Origin: an uncultured Fibrobacterota bacterium
GTDB lineage: Bacteria > Fibrobacterota > OXYB2-FULL-49-7 > JAEUSG01
Direction of reading: 5' to 3'
Length of the DNA: 30,428 bases
Assembly (NCBI GenBank): GCA_963831235.1
Contig: CAWHPS010000066.1
Location: forward strand, 1 to 30,428
Shown: positions 15,685-23,016 of the stretch, one piece after another
Layout of the letters: the number at the start of each line of letters is the position of its first letter
How positions within the stretch are numbered: position 1 is the first letter of the stretch
Notes under the pieces: model-generated
The model's input: only the letters and a program-made list of their open reading frames with translations
Told to the model about the DNA's origin: nothing
Database searches by the model: none
Program-made: the position numbers and the translations under genes

Positions 15685-16533
15685 ATGCATTATTATATTC
15701 TGCTCAGCTTTTGTTTTTTCCTGATATTCTCCGTTCCATGCAATGCCCTTAAAGCCGAGTGTGATAAATTTGCGCCATCGGACAGCATTGTAATGGACTA
15801 CTTCTTCAATGATGAAATAACACGTCACAAGGCCTATTATAAAGACGGAGAGATAAATGTTCTATTAGGTTATAAAAAAGCCAAACAGATATGGTTTAGA
15901 AAATTCTACAGCTCAAGTGTTGCAGACAGCATTGTTTATTACGACGATGTTGGAAACATTGACTTCAAGGTAAGGTACAATTACACTCCCAAGCGAAAAA
16001 TTCTTATGGGCAGACAGTTCAATACCCAGGAAGATGTCAGATCAAGGTTCATAGGAAACCCTGATGATGTGGCTGTCAAGACCGTTGAGTTATACAAATA
16101 TGGGGCCAAAAGCATGGAACTGGTTTTTAACAACGACAACATGAGCCATCTTATTGTTTATGATTACAAAGGTCCGCATAAATTCACAAAGAAAGAAACC
16201 GTTGACTCAATACTTCGCTATACTTATATGCCGAGCCTTGATGAAGACCTGACAGGCCGTCCACCATCTGAAATATCTTCATTTATCAAGTCCAGCCGGG
16301 AAATGCGCGATATTGTTTCAAAATGCATGTCGCGCTATCGAGATGCAAGCGGAACAATATTCGTTGAATTTTCCATTAAACGCGATGGAACAGTGCCGGA
16401 TGCCTTAATCCTGAAAAGTACCGTATCATGCAAGAATATCGGCATCGAGCTTATGAATGTAATAAAAAACATTACCTTTCCGAGTAACAGCAAATATGGC
16501 ACAGCCACGGTCATGTACCCGTTTCAGTTTTAA
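15685..16533 (+). CDS. secreted protein with TonB-C-terminal-like domain
   Basis: Signal peptide MHYYILLSFCFFLIFSVPCNA. The C-terminal ~80 aa (TIFVEFSIKRDGTVPDALILKSTVSCKNIGIELMNVIKNITFPSN...ATVMYPFQF) resembles the TonB_C fold signature. No Pro-rich spacer, so this is not a canonical TonB. Confidence 0.5.
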   Translation: MHYYILLSFCFFLIFSVPCNALKAECDKFAPSDSIVMDYFFNDEITRHKAYYKDGEINVLLGYKKAKQIWFRKFYSSSVADSIVYYDDVGNIDFKVRYNYTPKRKILMGRQFNTQEDVRSRFIGNPDDVAVKTVELYKYGAKSMELVFNNDNMSHLIVYDYKGPHKFTKKETVDSILRYTYMPSLDEDLTGRPPSEISSFIKSSREMRDIVSKCMSRYRDASGTIFVEFSIKRDGTVPDALILKSTVSCKNIGIELMNVIKNITFPSNSKYGTATVMYPFQF

Positions 16534-16544
16534 GCAAGACTATA

Positions 16545-17447
16545 ATGCTGAGATTAAAAAAATATTTCCTTGAAACCAGGCCCCATTTTTTGATTTTATC
16601 CATAATACTGGTATTGCTTGGAACAGCCATTGCCCACAACCACGGTTCTCTCAATTTATTCCATGCCTTTCTTTGTCTTGTTGGCCTTATACTTCTTCAT
16701 TCCAGCACCAATGTTCTTAATGATTATTTCGATTACACATCAGGAATAGACCTTAACACAAAACGAACGCCATTCAGCGGAGGAAGCGGGATTATAAATG
16801 CCGGCATCATGACTCCAAAAGAGACGATGGTTTTCGGGTTTGCCTGCTTTCTTCTTGCAGCCCCAATCGGCGGCTACTTTGTTTATGCGATTGGTATCAA
16901 ACTGCTTCCTCTTTTTATTGTCGGCTCTCTTTTTGTGCTGCTTGGAACAAGCCACCTTTTTAAGGCTGGTTTCGCTCTTGCGGAATTAGCCGCAGGACTT
17001 GGCTTGGGCTCGCTTCCCGTCCTCGGGACCGCATGGATTCTGGAAGGCCGCATAGATTCCAGGACATTATTTGCATGCGTTCCATCTGGCATCCTTGTGT
17101 TCAATCTGCTTTTTTTAAATGAGTTTCCTGATTTCGAAGCTGATGCGAGAGGCGGCCGAAAGACCCTTGCAATTGTAATGGGGCTTAATAGGGCCTCAAA
17201 ACTTTATGCAATCCTTTGTATCAGCGTTTATCTTTGGATAATCGCCGGGGTAATCTTAAAGATTATCCCATGGCAGGCGCTTCTTTCCCTGCTAAGTATT
17301 CCCCTTGCAATAAAAGCCATAAAGGGATCCGGACAATTTAATACACCGGAAAAACTCATACCTGGTTTAGGCGCCAACATTGGGATGATTCTTGGGACCC
17401 AGGCATTGATGGCAGTAGGATATTTCTTAAACAGCTTTATGCGGTAA
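16545..17447 (+). CDS. menA: UbiA-family prenyltransferase, MenA-like (1,4-dihydroxy-2-naphthoate polyprenyltransferase)
   Basis: NDYFDYTSGID (NDxxDxxxD) motif. 300 aa with about 8-9 TM helices. Second Asp-rich region FPDFEADARGGRKTLAI. Confidence 0.75.
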   Translation: MLRLKKYFLETRPHFLILSIILVLLGTAIAHNHGSLNLFHAFLCLVGLILLHSSTNVLNDYFDYTSGIDLNTKRTPFSGGSGIINAGIMTPKETMVFGFACFLLAAPIGGYFVYAIGIKLLPLFIVGSLFVLLGTSHLFKAGFALAELAAGLGLGSLPVLGTAWILEGRIDSRTLFACVPSGILVFNLLFLNEFPDFEADARGGRKTLAIVMGLNRASKLYAILCISVYLWIIAGVILKIIPWQALLSLLSIPLAIKAIKGSGQFNTPEKLIPGLGANIGMILGTQALMAVGYFLNSFMR

Positions 17448-17470
17448 TTCTTGCGGAGCCGATACGCAGA

Positions 17471-18517
17471 TTATTCACAAAACAGATGAACGGACGCGGC
17501 TGAAAATTCCAAACAGATTGAATCACCTTTTTTAATACCTGATTTTTCTAGTTCTCTGAATGACAAATAAAAAGTAACCGGCGTACTTTGATCTGTTTTG
17601 ATCTTCGCATAAGCACCTGAAATATGGATTTCTGAAACTATTGTTGTGATTCTGTTTTCGGACTTAAGGTTATTGGGATTTGCAATTGATATCTCCCATG
17701 GAGGAAGATATACCATTAACTGCACTCCTGCCTTTTTTCCGGTTTTTATGCGTATGTTTCCTATTGCAGTTATAACATTTTCCCTGTTGTCATCCGTTGA
17801 CTCACCCTTGAAGATATTATCAAGCCGCAGTATCCTGGCTACTGAAAGTGATGAAGGAGACCTGTAAAGTTCAGCCGGTGTCCCTGTTTGAATTATCCGG
17901 CCTTTGTGCATTATCCCCACCCTGTCGGCAACAAGCCCCGCCTCATCAAATGAATGGCACACGTGGATGACGGACAGCCCGAATTCCCTTTGGACCTTTT
18001 TAAGCTCCTCGCAAACAGCCTGACGTGTATATTCATCCAGTGCGCTTACAGGTTCGTCAAGAATCAGGGCCCGGGGTCTGCTCACAATGGCCCTGCCGAG
18101 GGCAACCCTTTGGCGTTCACCACCGGATAAACCTCGGATGCGTCGATCCAGCAAATGACTTATGTGAAGGATTCCGGCGACCTTTTCAACAGCGGAGTTG
18201 CATTCAGGTTTGGAAACACCTTTCACATTCAGTGCAAAACCGATATTGTGTCTTACGTCAAGATGGTCGAATAGCGCACCATCCTGCGGAACATATCCGA
18301 TTCCCCGATCACGGGGTTCAGATGTAGTAATATCTTGTCCATCCACAAAAATATTTCCACCGGCCGGTTTACGCAACCCGCAGAGGTTCTCAAGAAAAAG
18401 AGTTTTACCGGAGCCGGTCATGCCAAGGAGCACAAAATACTCATTGTCAAGAACATTAATCGTCACGTTAAGGTCAAACGAACCAATTGAATAAGCTAAT
18501 CCTTCCATTCTAATCAT
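17471..18517 (-). CDS. modC: ABC transporter ATP-binding protein with C-terminal TOBE domain (ModC/TupC/WtpC type, molybdate/tungstate)
   Basis: Walker A GMTGSGKT. Signature LSGGERQRVALGRA. Walker B LILDEP. C-terminal ~110 aa TOBE-like extension. Confidence 0.85.
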   Translation of the reverse strand: MIRMEGLAYSIGSFDLNVTINVLDNEYFVLLGMTGSGKTLFLENLCGLRKPAGGNIFVDGQDITTSEPRDRGIGYVPQDGALFDHLDVRHNIGFALNVKGVSKPECNSAVEKVAGILHISHLLDRRIRGLSGGERQRVALGRAIVSRPRALILDEPVSALDEYTRQAVCEELKKVQREFGLSVIHVCHSFDEAGLVADRVGIMHKGRIIQTGTPAELYRSPSSLSVARILRLDNIFKGESTDDNRENVITAIGNIRIKTGKKAGVQLMVYLPPWEISIANPNNLKSENRITTIVSEIHISGAYAKIKTDQSTPVTFYLSFRELEKSGIKKGDSICLEFSAASVHLFCE

Positions 18518-19236
18518 CGGCTGCCCCCTGAACCGAATATGTTGCCGCCGGAAAAGATTCGAAGTAAAAGCAGTGTAATAAAGGCTGCGACAATCATAAC
18601 AAGAGAGACTGCAAGGGCTGTTTCAAGCCTGCCAATTGATATTTCAAGATAGATTGAGGTTGACAAAACTTCTGTTTTCTGGCGGACAGCCCCGGCAACA
18701 ATGGCAACAGGTCCAAAAAGCCCGAAAGATCTTGCCCAGCTTAAAACCGCTCCGGCCATAATCCCCTGTTTTGCAAGAGGCAGTGTAATCCGCCTGAAAG
18801 CTCCGGCGCGTGTGCAGCCCAAAGTCATGGCAACCTGCTCTGTGCGCGGATCTATGTGGTCAAAAGCCGCTTTTATCGTGCGGATTGCGAATGATATTGA
18901 ACAAAAGAACTGCGCCAAAACAATGCCTGACCTGTTGTAAATAAAGAAATCTCCAAGATAGGTCATTATTCTTCCAAACCATGCGATTAAAGCAACATGC
19001 GAACCTGAAAGGTCTGCCCCCATCCTGAAAAGCACAAGGAGACTTACTCCAATTACAAGCACAGGAAGAATAATTAATAGATCCACGATAACATCCAGAA
19101 CATCCGAACCCTTGAACGGGTAACGGCTGAGCCCGTAAGCTGAAAACACGCCGATTACAAGGCATAGCCCGGTAGTTACTATTGATGTCCAAAGGGTTAG
19201 AATAAAAGCAGCACGAATATCAGGAGATAAAAGCAC
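18514..19236 (-). CDS. modB: ABC transporter permease (ModB/TupB type)
   Basis: About 5-6 TM helices. EAA loop EQVAMTLGCTRAGAFRRITLPLAKQGIMAG. 4-bp overlap with modC. Confidence 0.85.
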   Translation of the reverse strand: MLLSPDIRAAFILTLWTSIVTTGLCLVIGVFSAYGLSRYPFKGSDVLDVIVDLLIILPVLVIGVSLLVLFRMGADLSGSHVALIAWFGRIMTYLGDFFIYNRSGIVLAQFFCSISFAIRTIKAAFDHIDPRTEQVAMTLGCTRAGAFRRITLPLAKQGIMAGAVLSWARSFGLFGPVAIVAGAVRQKTEVLSTSIYLEISIGRLETALAVSLVMIVAAFITLLLLRIFSGGNIFGSGGSR

Positions 19237-19365
19237 TTCCAGTATCGAGGATTTGCCGATATATGCTGCGTCAGTCTGCGATGATTAAAATTACAGACCC
19301 TGAAAAGGCAAGGAGCACGGATGTTACAATAATTCTGAAAAGAGGCAATCGTTTAAATAAATTGT

Positions 19366-20142
19366 TCACTTAACCGGCTTCTCCGTATCATATCCCTCTT
19401 TCTTTAAAACATCTTTTGATTTGTCTGATGCAAGAAAATCAAGAAACATTCCAGCTTCGGCCTTATTGTTTGAAAAGGACAGCACCGCGGCCCCGACAAC
19501 AGGTATTACATTCTTTTGAACAGGAATGGCTATGCAATCGGAAACATCCTTATACGGCTTTGCAACAGCGCTCCATACAATTGCAGCGTCAATGGTACCA
19601 AGTTTCAAGGCAATCCCAAGTTCATTTACAGTCGGTGTTGACAAAGCAATATTCTTCTTCCATGCCAGGGAATCAACATTATTTAGAAAAAGAATCTGAG
19701 GCATGATCCTGCCTATTGCAGCGGCCTTTTCATCACCTTGACCGATTTTAAATCCCTTGACAGCCAAATCCTGAAGGGTTTTTATCCCCTTAGGATTGTT
19801 TTTCTTTACCATTATAACCGGGACAAAATAGCATACAGTAACGGATTTACCCACAAGTGATTCCTTACGGGCCATATCAATATATTCAGCATCGCCTGGA
19901 ATATAAACATCGCCCTTACGGGTAAGTTTTATCTGGCCGAGAAGCCTGTTGGAGCCGTCAAAGGTAAGCTCAACCTTTGAGCCCTTCTCTTTTTCATAAG
20001 TCTTTGCCAGCGTTTCAATGGGTTTTCGCATACCCGCAGCGCAATAGACCAGAAGCTTTTTAGAACTCCCGGGAACAGCCGTCTCTTGTGCATTAATGAC
20101 GCTTATTAAAAAAAGCAAGATACTGAAAATAACAGCCTTCAT
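19366..20142 (-). CDS. modA: molybdate/tungstate-binding periplasmic protein (ModA/WtpA-like), copy 2
   Basis: ORF 19366..20199. Likely start at the internal Met (MKAVIFSILLFLISVINAQ signal) with AAAGGAA RBS. LLVYCAAGMRKPIETLAKTYEKEKGSKVELTFDGS resembles the ModA N-terminus. Confidence 0.8.
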   Translation of the reverse strand: MKAVIFSILLFLISVINAQETAVPGSSKKLLVYCAAGMRKPIETLAKTYEKEKGSKVELTFDGSNRLLGQIKLTRKGDVYIPGDAEYIDMARKESLVGKSVTVCYFVPVIMVKKNNPKGIKTLQDLAVKGFKIGQGDEKAAAIGRIMPQILFLNNVDSLAWKKNIALSTPTVNELGIALKLGTIDAAIVWSAVAKPYKDVSDCIAIPVQKNVIPVVGAAVLSFSNNKAEAGMFLDFLASDKSKDVLKKEGYDTEKPVK

Positions 20143-20162
20143 AGTTGGTTCCTTTTCAAAAT

Positions 20163-20987
20163 TTAATTGGTTGGAACTCCAAACCCGAACTTTTTCCATA
20201 TTTCACGTGCTTCCGGTGATACTGCAAATTCAGCAAACGCTGTTGCCTCTTTCAGGTTCTTTGAACACTTAAGGGTGGAGATTGTCACACGAATGTCGCC
20301 CATATCGATTTTCCCGAAAGTAGCCGCGGTAATCACATCAACACCGCTTTTGAGACGGTAATCGGATTCAATGGACACAGTATCAAGTTTATCCGTTCTT
20401 AAATATGCTACCGCATTCCAGACAATGGCTGCATCAGCAGTACCAATGCTGACGGCATTCGCAGCTTCACCGCCGCTGCGCGTTTCTGAAATAACATTGG
20501 CCTTGATTGCATCCCATACGCCAGCCTTTTTTCCCATTTCAGGAACAATATGTCCCATTGTAGAGTACAATGGATGGGTAAGAATCAGCTTTAACCCTTT
20601 TTCCCCAAGACTTTTAAGACCTGTAATTTTCTTTGGGTTGCCTTTTACCACTACGATTACCGGGCTCAAGCTTGCCATGACCCAGAACTTTTCTTCCAAC
20701 CCTTTTTTATTCAGGTCCATTTGAAAGGGATCGTGACATACAAAGAGGTCGCCTTTTTTTGTTTCAGTGATTCGAATTGTTAATTGTCCACTTTCACCCT
20801 GATCAAAATCAACTTTATTTCCGGTTTTTGCTTCGTATTCTTTTTGTAGGGCCTCCATTGCAGGACGCATTGTTCCACCAACATAACATAACAAATGCTC
20901 TTTAGCTGCTTTCTTGCCACATGAAAGCAGCATGAAAATCAGACACAGCCCAATGAAACCTGATGTTTTTAATACGTACTTCACCAA
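20163..20987 (-). CDS. modA: molybdate/tungstate-binding lipoprotein (ModA/WtpA-like), copy 1
   Basis: Lipoprotein signal IGLCLIFMLLSC. LLCYVGGTMRPAMEALQKEYEAKTGNKVDFDQGESGQL is ModA-like. Paralogous to 19366..20142. Confidence 0.8.
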   Translation of the reverse strand: MVKYVLKTSGFIGLCLIFMLLSCGKKAAKEHLLCYVGGTMRPAMEALQKEYEAKTGNKVDFDQGESGQLTIRITETKKGDLFVCHDPFQMDLNKKGLEEKFWVMASLSPVIVVVKGNPKKITGLKSLGEKGLKLILTHPLYSTMGHIVPEMGKKAGVWDAIKANVISETRSGGEAANAVSIGTADAAIVWNAVAYLRTDKLDTVSIESDYRLKSGVDVITAATFGKIDMGDIRVTISTLKCSKNLKEATAFAEFAVSPEAREIWKKFGFGVPTN

Positions 20988-21088
20988 ACCTCCCTTTTTT
21001 TTATGATGAAATCTTCTTTTGAATAAAATATCTTATGTTTAAGACTTAAAACAATTTCAATATTAAATTACGTGTAGAAGGTTCAAAA

Positions 21089-21640
21089 GTGACAACAGGA
21101 CCTGAAATTTTTGATGAAGAACTCATGTCCCGGTTTATTAAAAACAATGATGAATCAGCTTTTAAATCGCTAGTTAACAGACACACAACCCGAATGTACA
21201 GGATCGCTTGTGCAATGCTCGGCTCTTCTCGGAACGCGGAAGATGCTGTTCAGGAATGCTTTATCCGTATTGTTTTTAGGCGACGTACGTTTCAGGATGG
21301 AACAACCTTCGCACCCTGGGCCTATACAATACTGCGCAATTTATGCATTGATGAAATCCGAAAAAATAAGGGCCGCTATTTCGAAGTTCTATCGCACGAA
21401 ACAATTGCCTCAAAAGATGATAGTGGGGTTTATGTTGAAGAAAAGGAAAAGATAAAGGCTGTTAGAAATGCAATCAAAGAATTGCCTGAAATAGAACAAA
21501 CAGCAATCACATTACGTATTTATGGTGAAATGGATTTTAATGCAATCGCAACTATTTGCAAAACCTCGCCTGATGCAATAAAAAAAAGATTTTACAGGGC
21601 ACTGGAAGAACTTAAAAAGTCTTTGTCCCTTTTCGAATGA
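21089..21640 (+). CDS. RNA polymerase sigma factor, ECF (sigma-70 group 4) family
   Basis: Region 2 (FKSLVNRHTTRMYRIACAMLGSSRNAEDAVQECFIRIV...APWAYTILRNLCIDEIRK) and region 4 (ELPEIEQTAITLRIYGEMDFNAIATICKTSPDAIKKRFYRALEELKK). GTG start with GAAGG RBS. Confidence 0.85.
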   Translation: MTTGPEIFDEELMSRFIKNNDESAFKSLVNRHTTRMYRIACAMLGSSRNAEDAVQECFIRIVFRRRTFQDGTTFAPWAYTILRNLCIDEIRKNKGRYFEVLSHETIASKDDSGVYVEEKEKIKAVRNAIKELPEIEQTAITLRIYGEMDFNAIATICKTSPDAIKKRFYRALEELKKSLSLFE

Positions 21641-21670
21641 TAATTCGTATATATGGTATAATGAGGTTTT

Positions 21671-22012
21671 ATGAATAATGATGATCAATATAATCAGATT
21701 ATAACCAGTCTTAAATCAGCCATTCCGGAAAATGCTCCATCGCATCTGGCTGAAAAAGCCTGCTTAGTAGGTCTGCAAGCGCTTAAAGCTGATAACCATA
21801 AGCATATCTTTACTCGTATTGCATTGCCACTAGCAGTCTGCATTCCTAATCCTGATCAGCGCATGGATTTTTATAACGCTTCACAAACCCGCTTTAAAGT
21901 CCCAGGCCGACTGCGGAGGTTGCTGGAATTTTGTCGGGTACGATGCTGCAAACAGCCGTCACAGCAGTTCCACATGCGCTCCTACCTCACTTTTATGGCA
22001 AACCTCTGTTGA
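21671..22012 (+). CDS. probable N-terminal (cytoplasmic) fragment of an anti-sigma factor; frame appears broken near 21834-21845
   Basis: It immediately follows the ECF sigma gene. The first ~55 aa look protein-like. The remainder (…CCKQPSQQFHMRSYLTFMANLC) looks like out-of-frame read-through over sequence that codes sensibly in another frame. Confidence 0.45.
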   Translation: MNNDDQYNQIITSLKSAIPENAPSHLAEKACLVGLQALKADNHKHIFTRIALPLAVCIPNPDQRMDFYNASQTRFKVPGRLRRLLEFCRVRCCKQPSQQFHMRSYLTFMANLC

Positions 22013-22067
22013 TAATCCTTCCGGCGCCTATAAACCGCTTGCCTGGAAAAATCTTATAATTGCAGGC

Positions 22068-22994
22068 ATGTGGCCTACCAATAGCAGAATAGGCGGCAGT
22101 ATTGTGGCATACAGCACCATTAATGGCAATGTTTTATGGAAACTTGATTTTAATCAGGGTGACATGTACAAGTCACGGCGTTTTCCTGATCGCTGCATAC
22201 ACAAACGCACTCTTTATGTAACAGATGGTGATGTTTGTCATGTTATTGACCCTCTTACAGGCAAACCTTTGGATGACATCACCCCTCCCCTTCCTGATGA
22301 CGGCTGGTCGTATCTTACTGCTGATGAAGGAAAATTGTTTGGGGCTTCACGGGATGGCCGTATGCTTTTTGGAATGGATGCTATATCTAAAAAAACAATC
22401 TGGACAAGAAAACTTGATTCACCAATATTCATACCCGCATTGCTAAAAGGTGTTCTGTATTGTCACGAACAATCCGGTACTTCTCGCGCAATAAATCTTA
22501 TTGATGGAAGAGATCTTTGGCAAAATACATCCGTCGGTATAAATGCCAAAGCCGGAGTGCATGCCTATAACAACAACATCCTTGTTCTCGGGCAGGACGA
22601 TTCTCTCGCGCTGATAGATTCAAAAACAGGTGCCTTGAAATGGAAGACCGGTGGCCCAGGTTATTATAACACAGGTCTTGCGCTTGGGGATTCGGCAGTC
22701 TATTTAAAAGGCGGCACACTGGCCCTCTCCATGAATAACGGCTCCATAATATGGGATAATGCAGGTTCAGGCATTGTACTTTGTGCTGCACCAACATTGA
22801 TAAAGGAAAACCTGATTAGCACATCAGGTCTTGGAGGCGGGAAACTGGGCGTATTGTCTCTCTCAGGAGACAAAGTCAGCAGTCTTAATTTTAATGATAA
22901 CGGTGTTTGTGACGGGGCAATTACATCAGGCGGACAGATTTATACTGTTGGTTCAGGTCGTGTCGTGGCATTTTCGTGCGGTTATGGTGGTTAA
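22068..22994 (+). CDS. PQQ-like beta-propeller repeat protein (BamB-like fold); probable periplasmic domain of the anti-sigma factor, frame open from 21834
   Basis: Repeats of the type G.LW......G.........G.LY.....G.L.A.D..TG...W (DGRDLWQNTSV; SKTGALKWKTGG; NNGSIIWDNAG). The same frame upstream of the first ATG encodes a TM helix (SAFLILISAWIFITL) and further PQQ-like sequence (LLWQTSVDNPSGAYKPLAWKNLIIAG) with no ATG/GTG/TTG. Confidence 0.8.
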   Translation: MWPTNSRIGGSIVAYSTINGNVLWKLDFNQGDMYKSRRFPDRCIHKRTLYVTDGDVCHVIDPLTGKPLDDITPPLPDDGWSYLTADEGKLFGASRDGRMLFGMDAISKKTIWTRKLDSPIFIPALLKGVLYCHEQSGTSRAINLIDGRDLWQNTSVGINAKAGVHAYNNNILVLGQDDSLALIDSKTGALKWKTGGPGYYNTGLALGDSAVYLKGGTLALSMNNGSIIWDNAGSGIVLCAAPTLIKENLISTSGLGGGKLGVLSLSGDKVSSLNFNDNGVCDGAITSGGQIYTVGSGRVVAFSCGYGG

Positions 22995-23016
22995 GAATTA
23001 AAACAGCCCTTTACTT

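Noticed and set aside
17646-18494. Plus-strand ORFs 17646..17867, 18025..18327, 18198..18494
   Set aside because: Antisense to the ModC-like ATPase gene, which has complete Walker/signature motifs.
20167-20724. Plus-strand ORFs 20167..20361 and 20371..20724
   Set aside because: Antisense to the ModA-like lipoprotein gene.
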